From a virus, in the IMG/VR virus record IMGVR_UViG_3300036985_005327, positions 24,650-88,649 of that record: a stretch of DNA of 64,000 nt. One strand, written 5' to 3'. The position numbers and the translations under genes are program-made. Position 1 is the first letter of the stretch. Each line of letters opens with the position of its first letter. Below the pieces are notes generated by a model. The model did no database searches. It was not told the origin of the DNA and saw only the letters and a list, made by a program, of their open reading frames with translations. Below are positions 29,791 through 39,275 of this stretch, in pieces.

Positions 29791-29955
29791 ATGTTCTTCG
29801 ACGCCAAGACGAGAACTGAATATGGGATGCTGTTCAAGCAGGCTACAAATACACTCTGTCCTTCTTACGGCGTAAAGAAGGAAGAGGGTCCTTGTAGTAG
29901 CGAAAAGCCGATGAAGAAGGACAAAAAAGATGAGACAGAGCCTGCCAAACGTTGA
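29791..29955 (+). CDS. small protein (54 aa) missed by ORF track
   Basis: AAGGAGGT RBS; MFFDAKTRTEYGMLFKQATNTLCPSYGVKKEEGPCSSEKPMKKDKKDETEPAKR. Confidence 0.6.
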   Translation: MFFDAKTRTEYGMLFKQATNTLCPSYGVKKEEGPCSSEKPMKKDKKDETEPAKR

Positions 29956-30154
29956 CGAACTCGTCGCGAATATCCAGCGCCAAGCTTTGGCTGAGTCAGC
30001 CCGTGCTAGCATGGAGAAAGTCGCTGATGAAGAACGCACGATGACCGAAGTAGGTAAGCTCTTGCGCAAACTGGCATCGGACATTCGGAATGAGGACTCC
30101 ACCCAAGTTACGCTCAACGACGTGCTCGACTTCACGAGCCGGTTTGGGAGGTAA
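29930..30154 (+). CDS. small head-module protein
   Basis: AAGGA RBS; EKVAD, RKLAS. Confidence 0.6.
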   Translation: MRQSLPNVDELVANIQRQALAESARASMEKVADEERTMTEVGKLLRKLASDIRNEDSTQVTLNDVLDFTSRFGR

Positions 30155-30159
30155 TCCCC

Positions 30160-30333
30160 ATGACAAATCCCGCACAGTTTGCTGCAGAGCTTCGGAAGAT
30201 TGCTTCAGAGCTACGAGGTCAGGCTGAAGTCACTGAAAAAGCGAAGACAGAAAAAATCGCAAAAATTTTAGTGGCAGCACGCGGACTTTCAGAACTGAAG
30301 CGTATACTTTCCAGTGAGACGACTGGAAGGTAG
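30160..30333 (+). CDS. small protein (57 aa) missed by ORF track
   Basis: GGAGGT RBS; MTNPAQFAAELRKIASELRGQAEVTEKAKTEKIAKILVAARGLSELKRILSSETTGR. Confidence 0.65.
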   Translation: MTNPAQFAAELRKIASELRGQAEVTEKAKTEKIAKILVAARGLSELKRILSSETTGR

Positions 30334-30343
30334 AGGAAAGAAT

Positions 30344-30682
30344 ATGAATAGGAACCTCATCGCAGATGTTCTCGAGAAAGCCGCGTCGTACTTCGACGAG
30401 GTCAGCCGCGAGCAAGAGAACACCGTCAAAGAGGCTCGTGAGAAAGAGGCTTCTCGGCTTCAGGAGAAGCTGTCGTCTTTCTTAGGTGAGAATATTGACG
30501 TAGCTGTTCTGCGTAAGCTGGCTTCGGCGGGTCCCGAGGTCGCTGGCTTGATCGAGAAAATTGCTGGGTCGGCATTAACGGATAGCCTCGGTGGTCCGGA
30601 CAATACCGTACGCGTTAAGACAGCAAGCACTCACAGTGGTAGCCCCGCTGCGGAGAGCTTTACAAACTGGCTAATGTCCTGA
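30344..30682 (+). CDS. putative scaffold protein
   Basis: ATG 30344 after AGAGG; 6 of 7 Lys in K-x-A; aromatic C-terminal helix FTNWLMS; directly upstream of decoration and MCP genes. Confidence 0.6.
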   Translation: MNRNLIADVLEKAASYFDEVSREQENTVKEAREKEASRLQEKLSSFLGENIDVAVLRKLASAGPEVAGLIEKIAGSALTDSLGGPDNTVRVKTASTHSGSPAAESFTNWLMS

Positions 30683-30721
30683 CCCACTAGTGTGGGCAGG
30701 TAGCTTGAAAGGAAAAGAAAG

Positions 30722-31231
30722 ATGACTCTTCTCGCTTCGAAATTCGACATCGTCACGTGCGACCCGCACCCGGCTGCGCTGGCTTCGCTGGGTTTGACCC
30801 TCGACGTGTATGGCGCTCTGGGTCCGGACTCGGAAGGTTCTCCTCGCGCCGGTTCTATCCAGGCGGGCATGATCTGCATTATGGACTCCGCGAACAGCGG
30901 CAAAGCCATCGTTGCAGACAACGACGATGCCAAGACGAACGCTCCTTGCCTGATGTTCATCGCCGTGGACGGCAACGCCGACTACGACGGTAGCTTCACC
31001 GGCAAGTGCACGTTCATCCAGGGTGGCGTTCGCATCAAGGCTCCGTACTACGTCTCCACGTCGTACACCATCGGTGACATCCTCACCTGTGACAACACCA
31101 CGGGTGGCTCCTTCCGCGCTGCGGCTCAGGCGGAAGCCTGTTACGGAGTCGTTGGTCCGCTCGGTCTCGATTCCACTAACGCCGTGCTGGATGTCATCAT
31201 CCCGCAAGGCATTTCGATGCAGCACCCGTAA
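30722..31231 (+). CDS. putative capsid decoration/cement protein
   Basis: Small beta-rich protein immediately before MCP; YTIGDILT..G..V.P pattern; high-expression codon bias. Confidence 0.6.
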   Translation: MTLLASKFDIVTCDPHPAALASLGLTLDVYGALGPDSEGSPRAGSIQAGMICIMDSANSGKAIVADNDDAKTNAPCLMFIAVDGNADYDGSFTGKCTFIQGGVRIKAPYYVSTSYTIGDILTCDNTTGGSFRAAAQAEACYGVVGPLGLDSTNAVLDVIIPQGISMQHP

Positions 31232-31272
31232 ACCGGGTTAACTAACTTTTCAAAAAGGAAAGAGGAAATAAA

Positions 31273-32196
31273 ATGAGCGCTACTAGCTACCCGGTTGAGA
31301 ACCCGCACATCACGGCGCAGTTCCTCAACAGCAACTTCATCCGCAAAATCGAGAGCGGCCAGGTCAAAGAGGCTCAGGCTGAGGGCGGTGCCTTCATCCG
31401 TGAGAAGCTGCGCCAGGAAGCGGCCGTCCGTGAGATCATTGTTCCCCAGGGCATCACTGAGGACCAGATCGACCGTACGCTCGACAGCGATCAGCCGATC
31501 AAGATCATCGACAAGGAGCCCGACTCGGTCGCGACCTTCGTCAACTTCCAGGGCACCGGCCAGCGCACGTGGTTCCGTGGCAAGCGCTACGCGGTGAAGT
31601 TCGGCAAGATCGAGAGCCAGCGGTTCACCAAGTCGAAGTTCGAGCTCATGACCTACACGAGCGACATCCGGCAGATCTTGTCGGACAACTCCGTGAAGGA
31701 CATGGCGGACGAGGAAGATCGCAAGTTCTACGAGACCATCCTCGCCATCACGGTTGCGAACCCGAGCGTTCAGCAGACCAACGGTGCCTTCCAGAGCGGT
31801 ACCTTCAAGCTGGCCATGCGCGCCATGCTCGAGCGTCGTCGCCCCGTCGGCAAGATGCTCATGGCGAAGGCCCGGTACCTCGACGCCCTGGACCTCCCGG
31901 CGACCTCCGTCGGCGACGACATCGCGAAGCGCCACTTCGACGAGGGCATCGAGTCCTCGCAGAAGCTTTGGGGCATCCCGGTCGTGACCACGGTTAAGCC
32001 GCAGGTCTACTCGATGAACCACGCGTTCATCTTCGCCCCCCAGAGCCCCAACAACTTCCTCGGGAACTTCTACCTCTTGCAAGATGCGACTCTGTACATC
32101 GAGCAGAAGGCGGACACGATCATGTTCTGGACGTACGAGGCGCTGGGTATCGGCGTTGGTAACTCGCTGTCCATCCAACAGATCATCTTCCCGTGA
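31273..32196 (+). CDS. major capsid protein (HK97 fold)
   Basis: 307 aa; strongest C/G-ending codon bias in window; follows protease, scaffold and decoration genes; FIREKLR..., DEEDRKF, LWGIPVV, C-terminal YEALGIGVGN. Confidence 0.8.
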   Translation: MSATSYPVENPHITAQFLNSNFIRKIESGQVKEAQAEGGAFIREKLRQEAAVREIIVPQGITEDQIDRTLDSDQPIKIIDKEPDSVATFVNFQGTGQRTWFRGKRYAVKFGKIESQRFTKSKFELMTYTSDIRQILSDNSVKDMADEEDRKFYETILAITVANPSVQQTNGAFQSGTFKLAMRAMLERRRPVGKMLMAKARYLDALDLPATSVGDDIAKRHFDEGIESSQKLWGIPVVTTVKPQVYSMNHAFIFAPQSPNNFLGNFYLLQDATLYIEQKADTIMFWTYEALGIGVGNSLSIQQIIFP

Positions 32197-32214
32197 TGTT
32201 GGCCCACTGATGGT

Positions 32215-32268
32215 TCCCAGCCAGCTAGTTTGCTCCTTTGCTCCCCTATCTGGCTGGGACCTTCTTTC
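32215..32268 (+). terminator. stem-loop after MCP (terminator/attenuator candidate)
   Basis: tcccagccag/ctggctggga 10-bp stem followed by ccttctttc. Confidence 0.5.
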
Positions 32269-32282
32269 CTAAGGAGACTGTG

Positions 32283-32645
32283 ATGTCACTCGTCAAAATC
32301 AAGAACGTTACGAACGGGAAACTAGTCTTCATGGCTGTTCGCGGCTACGACGATTGTCCCTTGACGCTCGAAGCAGGCGAGGAAAAAGACGTTGTTCCGT
32401 CTATGGCCTCACAGCCGTCGTTACGCGCGGTCATCGGGACCAAGGTAGTGATTCTCGACAGTGGAGCTCCCAAGGTTGAGAAGCCACAAGTGGTTGTAGC
32501 GCCGCCTCCGGTAGTTGAGCACGTTCCTCCAACGTACAAAGCTCCTCCGGAAGTAGAAGTTGTTCCTGCTTCAGAGGCTGCCGATGACGTAGCTCCTGAA
32601 GAGTCTCGCTACCCCAAGCCGTCTCGGAATAAGGGTCGCCGTTAA
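32283..32645 (+). CDS. hypothetical virion-associated protein
   Basis: ATG 32283 after AAGGAG; Pro/Val-rich tail. Confidence 0.6.
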   Translation: MSLVKIKNVTNGKLVFMAVRGYDDCPLTLEAGEEKDVVPSMASQPSLRAVIGTKVVILDSGAPKVEKPQVVVAPPPVVEHVPPTYKAPPEVEVVPASEAADDVAPEESRYPKPSRNKGRR

Positions 32646-32744
32646 CCTCCTCCCCCGTTACAACCAAAGCTACCGTGTAGGGTAAGACTGCCCTATCATT
32701 TTGGTGGTACAATTCCCGCATCAACGGCAGGAAGGATTTCTATT

Positions 32745-33014
32745 ATGGCTGTAATGGTAAATCACAACTACCCAGGGGACCTAGACCTACAGGTGCTCGC
32801 ACCAAATGGAGATCCTATTGAAGGCGTAGTCGTCACAGTATTTCCACACACTGAGTACCACGCTGGTATAGTTGACACTTGGATAGGTCAGACAACCACC
32901 GACGGCAATGGTAACTGGGTGGCACCTATTTATCTGGATGAAGACCTGACATACGTCGTGCATTTTGAAAAGCCGACTATGTATGGTCCAGTTGTTCTCG
33001 AAATTACGACGTAA
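32745..33014 (+). CDS. small beta-sandwich (transthyretin/carboxypeptidase-regulatory-like) protein
   Basis: GDPIEGVVVTV...TTTDGNGNW...L..G/D.TYVV.F pattern. Confidence 0.55.
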   Translation: MAVMVNHNYPGDLDLQVLAPNGDPIEGVVVTVFPHTEYHAGIVDTWIGQTTTDGNGNWVAPIYLDEDLTYVVHFEKPTMYGPVVLEITT

Positions 33015-33030
33015 AGCAAATTGAGGGAAA

Positions 33031-33798
33031 ATGCCGAACGACGTACCCAAGCAGTTAGTTTCTTTAGACCCAGTTCCGCCATACGGAGTACCGCGTGCCT
33101 CAAAACCAGCTTCGGCTCTACTGCCGTCAGACGCATACCCTGTTGGTAATAAAACTGATTGGCTTAAAGAAGATATTAAACGACTTGACGACAAGAAGTT
33201 AAGTACTGATGTATTTTCGCAAAAAGAAGAGTCGAATACCCAACGATTCGAAATCATCGAAAAGAAGGTTGACACATTAAAAGGGTGTAGCCGAAACGAG
33301 GAGTTCGAAGATATGAAAAGGGATATAGCGGGATGGCGGAATTTTTTCCGAAGTACCGTAGCTGTCGGGTCTCTTGGAGCCCTGGCAGTAATAGCGGGTT
33401 GGTTGTGGCAGTACTACACACTCACAGCTTCAGTGTCTGATACTAGCGCCTCAATCGGGGTTCTCAAAACCGAAATGAAAGAGGTTGCTAAAGAGATACA
33501 GACGCACAAAGAGCTCTCTCTGGCGTCTCAAATGGAACAGCAAAAGGACCTGGAAGTTCGTTTCAATGAAATGGAATACAGGTTAATGCTGGCCATGTCC
33601 CGAATGTCTCAGGGGCAACAGTTAAACCAGCCATCCCCGGATGCGTATCTTAGATCACGCAGGGACCAACTGACCAATTCGCGTGATGTTGGTTCTGCTG
33701 CCGTGAACGATGACATCCTAAAACAAGAAGTAAAAGCAATCACAGCGTCAGTGCCTACGAGTACTGTTCCGCATAACCCCCCTGCGAGGAATCCATGA
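33031..33798 (+). CDS. membrane protein with one TM helix and coiled coils
   Basis: VAVGSLGALAVIAGWLW flanked by heptad regions. Confidence 0.6.
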   Translation: MPNDVPKQLVSLDPVPPYGVPRASKPASALLPSDAYPVGNKTDWLKEDIKRLDDKKLSTDVFSQKEESNTQRFEIIEKKVDTLKGCSRNEEFEDMKRDIAGWRNFFRSTVAVGSLGALAVIAGWLWQYYTLTASVSDTSASIGVLKTEMKEVAKEIQTHKELSLASQMEQQKDLEVRFNEMEYRLMLAMSRMSQGQQLNQPSPDAYLRSRRDQLTNSRDVGSAAVNDDILKQEVKAITASVPTSTVPHNPPARNP

Positions 33799-34274
33799 GC
33801 GTTTTGTTTACCACAGGTCCGATTCCAATTGCTGTTCGTCAGGTCTCTGTTGGCGCTATGACAGGCGTTGCTCCGACAAAGACGGTCACGGCGGTCCCTA
33901 CTCTTTGTTACTCCACTGTGCCGGTATACCCTGGTGGGTTGTGGGGTTACGCATTGGCCGCTACACCGACGACGGAAGAAGTCCTTACGGACGGCGGTAT
34001 CTTCAAGCTGTCGGATACGGACCCTGTCCTCGTGCTCGAAGCACATGCTCAAGTAGGTTCGGCTCAGACGTACACTGTTGTTCTCCACAATGACGGCGAT
34101 ACGAGCGGAACGTACGACGTAAATATCATAGCTACTGAAGGCGGTAATAAAACACGTAAGTGCTTTAGCACTCCCATCATCGTGATGCCGTATCAGTCGT
34201 TAAAGGTTACGACTACGGCCGCTGGAGCAATTACGCTTCTAGTAGTTCGTGCCCAAGCAACACATATTCTCTAA
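33795..34274 (+). CDS. hypothetical structural protein
   Basis: Thr/Val-rich beta protein within the head-tail region. Confidence 0.55.
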   Translation: MSVLFTTGPIPIAVRQVSVGAMTGVAPTKTVTAVPTLCYSTVPVYPGGLWGYALAATPTTEEVLTDGGIFKLSDTDPVLVLEAHAQVGSAQTYTVVLHNDGDTSGTYDVNIIATEGGNKTRKCFSTPIIVMPYQSLKVTTTAAGAITLLVVRAQATHIL

Positions 34275-34282
34275 GAGGTACC

Positions 34283-34750
34283 ATGACCGTTACCCTACCG
34301 CAGAATCAGTTGCCTTTAACCACCGACGACATTCGCTGGTTTTTGCGTGATACTCCGGAGCATAACATCATTCTGCCGGGGGGTATCGAGTTCACGGACG
34401 ACGACATCCAAAGGGCCATTCGTTTTACGACGTCCAAGTACAACGCGATGACCCCTATGACCCAAGTTCCGTCGTCGTCTTTGAACGAGTACATGCTTCT
34501 TTGTGGCGTCTGCGCCATGCTACTTCGCTCTGAGGGTATTCGTCAGAACCGAAATGAGCTCCGTGCTCAGGACGGAAACATCGCGCCAGTAAACCTCGAC
34601 GAAAAGCAGGCCCAGTACTCTGCGTGGGCTGACCGCATGCAGCAAGAGTTTGAAGTACACGCTCGCAACATAAAGACCCAGATCAATATGGAGTCTGTGT
34701 ACGGTCATATCTCCTCGGGCTATCGGTACATTGGTAGGTACACAATATGA
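34283..34750 (+). CDS. putative head-tail adaptor (head completion) protein
   Basis: IRWFLRD..., FTDDDI helical pattern; size and position. Confidence 0.55.
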   Translation: MTVTLPQNQLPLTTDDIRWFLRDTPEHNIILPGGIEFTDDDIQRAIRFTTSKYNAMTPMTQVPSSSLNEYMLLCGVCAMLLRSEGIRQNRNELRAQDGNIAPVNLDEKQAQYSAWADRMQQEFEVHARNIKTQINMESVYGHISSGYRYIGRYTI

Positions 34751-35682
34751 CATCGGCCAATGCTGTTCCTCTGTCTATGCGCCAAGGGGTGCAGAGTCTA
34801 CCCATTAAGACGTCGAGTCTTCTTGAGATAGAGGTCACACGTGTGTACCCTATGTGGCCAAGACGAGTTTTTGTACAGTGGATACTCCGTAATGTTCCTC
34901 AAGGAGCACCGGACTATCTCTTTAACGTGTACAAATCATCAGGTCCTTCTGGGCCATGGACAACTCTAGCAACTGGGTTGGATAACACGTACTTCTACGT
35001 TGACGAGAGTTTTGGGGCTACGGTTGATAACACGCAACAGAGCCTCTACTCGCTCAAGGTGTCTCTCAACTACAAAATAGAAGTGTTGAGTCCTCCAGAC
35101 CCTCCTGATCTACCTGAAGATCCTCCAGGTGACCCAACGCTCATCACGAGCGTAACAAAGAACCTTGAGCCATGGATGGACCAACGACGTGCGGGCATTG
35201 CCAGAAAGCTTGTGCGGGATTCTCTGATAGCTCTTAAGGCTGTGGGTTTAGAGTGCGCTATCTTGAAGAAGAAGAGCTGGGGAGCTCGGTGTCCATTGTG
35301 CGTAGCTATCGCCAACAAGAGCACACGTACGGCGTGTCCGTCATGTTACGGAACTACCATTGTAGGCGGTTACGAGACTGCCCATTACGGATACGCGATT
35401 CTAACTTCGAACGCTGTGAACACCACGACTCGGATACAAGGCCAAGTAGAGACCAAAGAACGCCAAATCATTATGGCGAACATCCCGCTCATGGACGTAG
35501 ACGATGTCGTCGTGTTTCTCCGGAGTGGTAAACGGTTCATAGTCACGAGAGTTCTTCCGACTACCATTCAAGATACAGACGTACACCAGGAGTTGTCCGT
35601 CAGTGAACTGAATCCGAGTGCTGTCGAGTATGAAATAAACGTCGATCCGTGGCATGAGCCATGCTGGTGGGTTACACCGTAA
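34747..35682 (+). CDS. putative neck/head-closure protein with FN3-like N-terminus and Zn finger
   Basis: VQW..FNVYKS..GPW..YVD (FN3-like); CPLC..CPSCYGT..GGY; DVVV..G.RF.V. Confidence 0.55.
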   Translation: MTSANAVPLSMRQGVQSLPIKTSSLLEIEVTRVYPMWPRRVFVQWILRNVPQGAPDYLFNVYKSSGPSGPWTTLATGLDNTYFYVDESFGATVDNTQQSLYSLKVSLNYKIEVLSPPDPPDLPEDPPGDPTLITSVTKNLEPWMDQRRAGIARKLVRDSLIALKAVGLECAILKKKSWGARCPLCVAIANKSTRTACPSCYGTTIVGGYETAHYGYAILTSNAVNTTTRIQGQVETKERQIIMANIPLMDVDDVVVFLRSGKRFIVTRVLPTTIQDTDVHQELSVSELNPSAVEYEINVDPWHEPCWWVTP

Positions 35683-36497
35683 TGTCCATTATCGTAACAA
35701 ACAAAAACTATGTCGGTGGAGCTATTCCTAGGTCTGAGGACGAATCTCGCCGCGTAGCTCCAGGTACTCCTTTGGCTCTCGTGGGTCTCTTTATGTTGGC
35801 GATACGCCAGCGCTTTGGCTACAACGCTCTCGCGACTAGCGTAATCGGCGGTGGGAGCATTGGGTTACCCGAAGACAATCAGTACGTAGAGACGCCCGAC
35901 GATGACTCTGAACAACTCCCGTGGGTGTGGGACAACACAATTAGGCCACCAAATGAGTGCCCTCCCCCCGAAAACCCAGACTTGGTGCGCACAAAAATCC
36001 TGATTGACTCTGGGTTCAATATCCACAGGGGTACGCACAACTACCGGCCAGCCATCTACGTGGACCACGGGAATACCATCGCTCAAAAGATCATGGTGGA
36101 TAACCGCGTCGGTAACCATCTTCCCAGCGGACTTGTTGGTTATTACTGCTTAGCTAATACCGAGATGATGATTGAGTGCGACGCAGAGACTCCGGGAGAA
36201 GCTTCAATCCTAGGGGAAACAGTTTGGTTTTTCCTGTTAGCCACGAGGGACATCTTCCGAAAAGATTTTGGGTTACATGACATTTCTGAACCTGTTCTCG
36301 GAAAGACGTTCAACGACAACGAGGACAAAGCAGTTTGGAAGACCCCTATTTCTTTTGGGGTCACTTCAGAGCTTCGTTGGGCTGTTCGACCTGTCAGCCC
36401 TCTCGTAAACGACATCGCCGTATTTATTCAGAAGCAAGGAGTGACTCCAGATACGCTGTACCAGCAGATAGCTTTGCAGACTTCTGTCAGAGAGTAA
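35682..36497 (+). CDS. putative tail terminator/completion protein
   Basis: TAATG-coupled start at 35682; RPAIYV motif; immediately before sheath. Confidence 0.5.
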   Translation: MSIIVTNKNYVGGAIPRSEDESRRVAPGTPLALVGLFMLAIRQRFGYNALATSVIGGGSIGLPEDNQYVETPDDDSEQLPWVWDNTIRPPNECPPPENPDLVRTKILIDSGFNIHRGTHNYRPAIYVDHGNTIAQKIMVDNRVGNHLPSGLVGYYCLANTEMMIECDAETPGEASILGETVWFFLLATRDIFRKDFGLHDISEPVLGKTFNDNEDKAVWKTPISFGVTSELRWAVRPVSPLVNDIAVFIQKQGVTPDTLYQQIALQTSVRE

Positions 36498-36548
36498 AAA
36501 ACGTATACTTCATCTGAATTGACGCGCACCCTGTAAAGGAGCTAAAAG

Positions 36549-39275
36549 ATGGCCCTCACTAGACCAAATGCGGTTGTTTTCCAAGAGTACAAGGACTTCT
36601 CGGTCACTCCGAGTATCCCTGATCTGAACGTGCTTGTGGTTGGTCCGTGCTACCAAATCCTCGATTACATCGATGATAAAACCGACTGTTACGCCGACAC
36701 GTACGGTAGCGCGGCAGACGCAAATAACCCGATTGTCACGACGACTGACGTTGACATTCTCACCCCTCCAGAGGTTGAGGCCGGTGCGATTCTCAAAGAC
36801 GATAGCGTAAAAATCTTCTTTGATAATTACCGCGTTGCCCTGAAGGAAGTCACGGACTCCAGCGGGCAAGTCGCGGGTCTCGCGAAGTTCTGGTCTGGTG
36901 ACAATCTGTTCCGGGGTGATGACGTTACGTCCACCGTCTACAACATGAACAAGTTGGGCGTCCAAGCAGGCGATAAGCTCATCACCAACCAAGGTAACCC
37001 TGCTTCTGTTTCGGACATCACACGCACTGTCAAAGAGCTCGTGCACATCTTGCGCTCGACAGGGTCTACTCCGGACTATGACTCCATCAGTGCTGACACG
37101 GGCGACATCATCACCATTACCGGGGATACCGCTGGTACTCCGCGTAACGGGACGTATACGGTAAAGAAGAAGTACGTCGAGAACGGCACGTCTATCCCAC
37201 TCGCCATTGAGATCGAACCGGCGGATGCCACGAACTTGATCGGTACCACTGGCAACGTTCACATGGTGGTAACGGCTCCTGACGGCACCGTGAAGTACGA
37301 CTCGGCTACCGTGGACGGCGTTCGCGACGAGTGCTTCATCCGTACGACTGTGGACTTCGCTGCTGCAAACAGCGCAACGGCTGGCTACCGCCTCTGGCGC
37401 ATCGAGCGCGAGCTCAACGACCTGGAGATCCCTGCTGGCAATGTCACGGTAGACGCGGTCACCAAAGTAGTCACTGTTGACGGAGCCCTGACGGACAGTG
37501 TTTTGGTACAAGGCGTTGCCGCCGATTTGCGGATTACGGCCGCGAGCATCTACATGCAGTACCTGGCCCTTCGCCAGGACCTGCAGAACATCACCGACAT
37601 CGAGAACACCCCAGCCCTCACGACGCTGCTGGGCAAGTACGATGCGCGTAACCCGCTGCATGTCGGCGCGTCCGTAGCCAAACAAAACACCACGACCAAG
37701 GTGCGAGTTTACGGCGTAGCGTCTGACGACATCGCAGGGTATGGCGACTTCTTAGATCGCATCAGCGCCGAGCGTTATGTGTACGCTCTCGTGCCGCTGA
37801 CGTACGACACCTCGATTCTCGGTGCGTTCAAGCTCATGGCCGAGAACTACGCCGATCCCACGTACTGTCTGGATAATGGCATCAAGCAGAAGTTCCGGAA
37901 CGTCATCGGCGCAGTCGAGCTCGAGACTCAGAAAGAGGTCATCGCGGCTATCGGCGGCGGCACGGTTTCGAAGCAAGTGGGGAGCACCCCGGCTGGGACG
38001 AAGACGTTCACCGTGACGGCCGACGCGGGTCAGCATTATGACCTCTCAGCGGATAAGGTTCTTCCTGGCGACACCATCACGGTTCTCCATACAACGGGAA
38101 CCGCGACTTACACCGTAGCGCATGTGAATAGCGCGACCGCGTGTGAGATCACGACGTCAGTACTTACGCCGCTTGTGCTGGACGCGTCGAGCAAGCTCAA
38201 CATCTACGTCGGGGCAACGACCGTTAAGCGTATGACCGTGGAGCTGTCCAACGTCGGTACGGGCACTACGTTCTCTATCGCGAACGCCGCGTTGGACGAG
38301 CTGTACACGGTGCTGACTGTTCCCACGGCGAACTTCGCGAACGTGGTTCCCGGTGACATCCTTCAGATCCCCTCGGACCCGGAAGTCAGCACCTGGACGA
38401 CGTACGACTCGTGGATCGTTTCGCTCGTCGAGAGCACCACTCGTCTGCGCGTAGTCAACGAGGGTTCGAACACCGACACCCTGGCGAACGAGCTCCCGCA
38501 TCTCACGAAGCGTACAGCCGCAACTGACCGTGCTGTGACCAGCGGAAGCGTGTACTGCCGCGTTCTGCGCAACATGGACAAGTCGGAACAGGTCACCAAC
38601 ATGCTGGCTACCGCTCAGGGGTTCGCGTCTAAGCGCACGCTCCTCACGTACCCGGCTCTGTGCGATGTCTCTGGCTTGGTCGATGGTAGCCTCGCGCGTA
38701 CCACGTCCACGATAAAAGCCACGGCAGCTAGCCAGCCGGGCTATTATCTGTCGTGCCTTGTCGGTGGCCAGACTGCGGGTCAGCCTTCGCAGCAGGGCTT
38801 CACGAACCTTCCGGGCAATGGTATCTCCCGCGTGTACGGTTCGAACGACTACTTCACCGAGGAGCAGCTCACGGACCTGTCCAATGGTGGTGTGTACGTC
38901 TTCGTCCAGGACACCACTACCTCACTGCCGTACACTATTCATGAGGTCACTACCGATGTGGTTTCACTGGAGACGGGCGAGTACATGGCAGTCAAGAACC
39001 TCGACTTCATTTCGATGATGTTCCTCGATACGCTGCGAGGGTTCTTGGGTCGTTGGAACATCAACACGGACACCATCCGCACGATTCACCAGGCATGTAC
39101 GGCGACCATCACTAACCTGAAGTCGCGTTATGTCGTGAAGATTGGTGCCCCTCTCATCAGCGCGACAATCGATTCGGTTGAAGAGAGTGACATCAGCGAA
39201 GACCGTATCGAAGCGTACATCAGCGTCCTGCAACCCATGACACTCAATGTCATCGGACTTCACCTGGTGGCCTGA
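36549..39275 (+). CDS. contractile tail sheath protein
   Basis: RPNAVVFQE N-terminus; QQGFTN, LSNGGV..VQ, IHEVTT, E..AVKNLDF..LRGFLGRWN, PMTLNVIGLHL C-terminal sheath pattern. Confidence 0.85.
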   Translation: MALTRPNAVVFQEYKDFSVTPSIPDLNVLVVGPCYQILDYIDDKTDCYADTYGSAADANNPIVTTTDVDILTPPEVEAGAILKDDSVKIFFDNYRVALKEVTDSSGQVAGLAKFWSGDNLFRGDDVTSTVYNMNKLGVQAGDKLITNQGNPASVSDITRTVKELVHILRSTGSTPDYDSISADTGDIITITGDTAGTPRNGTYTVKKKYVENGTSIPLAIEIEPADATNLIGTTGNVHMVVTAPDGTVKYDSATVDGVRDECFIRTTVDFAAANSATAGYRLWRIERELNDLEIPAGNVTVDAVTKVVTVDGALTDSVLVQGVAADLRITAASIYMQYLALRQDLQNITDIENTPALTTLLGKYDARNPLHVGASVAKQNTTTKVRVYGVASDDIAGYGDFLDRISAERYVYALVPLTYDTSILGAFKLMAENYADPTYCLDNGIKQKFRNVIGAVELETQKEVIAAIGGGTVSKQVGSTPAGTKTFTVTADAGQHYDLSADKVLPGDTITVLHTTGTATYTVAHVNSATACEITTSVLTPLVLDASSKLNIYVGATTVKRMTVELSNVGTGTTFSIANAALDELYTVLTVPTANFANVVPGDILQIPSDPEVSTWTTYDSWIVSLVESTTRLRVVNEGSNTDTLANELPHLTKRTAATDRAVTSGSVYCRVLRNMDKSEQVTNMLATAQGFASKRTLLTYPALCDVSGLVDGSLARTTSTIKATAASQPGYYLSCLVGGQTAGQPSQQGFTNLPGNGISRVYGSNDYFTEEQLTDLSNGGVYVFVQDTTTSLPYTIHEVTTDVVSLETGEYMAVKNLDFISMMFLDTLRGFLGRWNINTDTIRTIHQACTATITNLKSRYVVKIGAPLISATIDSVEESDISEDRIEAYISVLQPMTLNVIGLHLVA

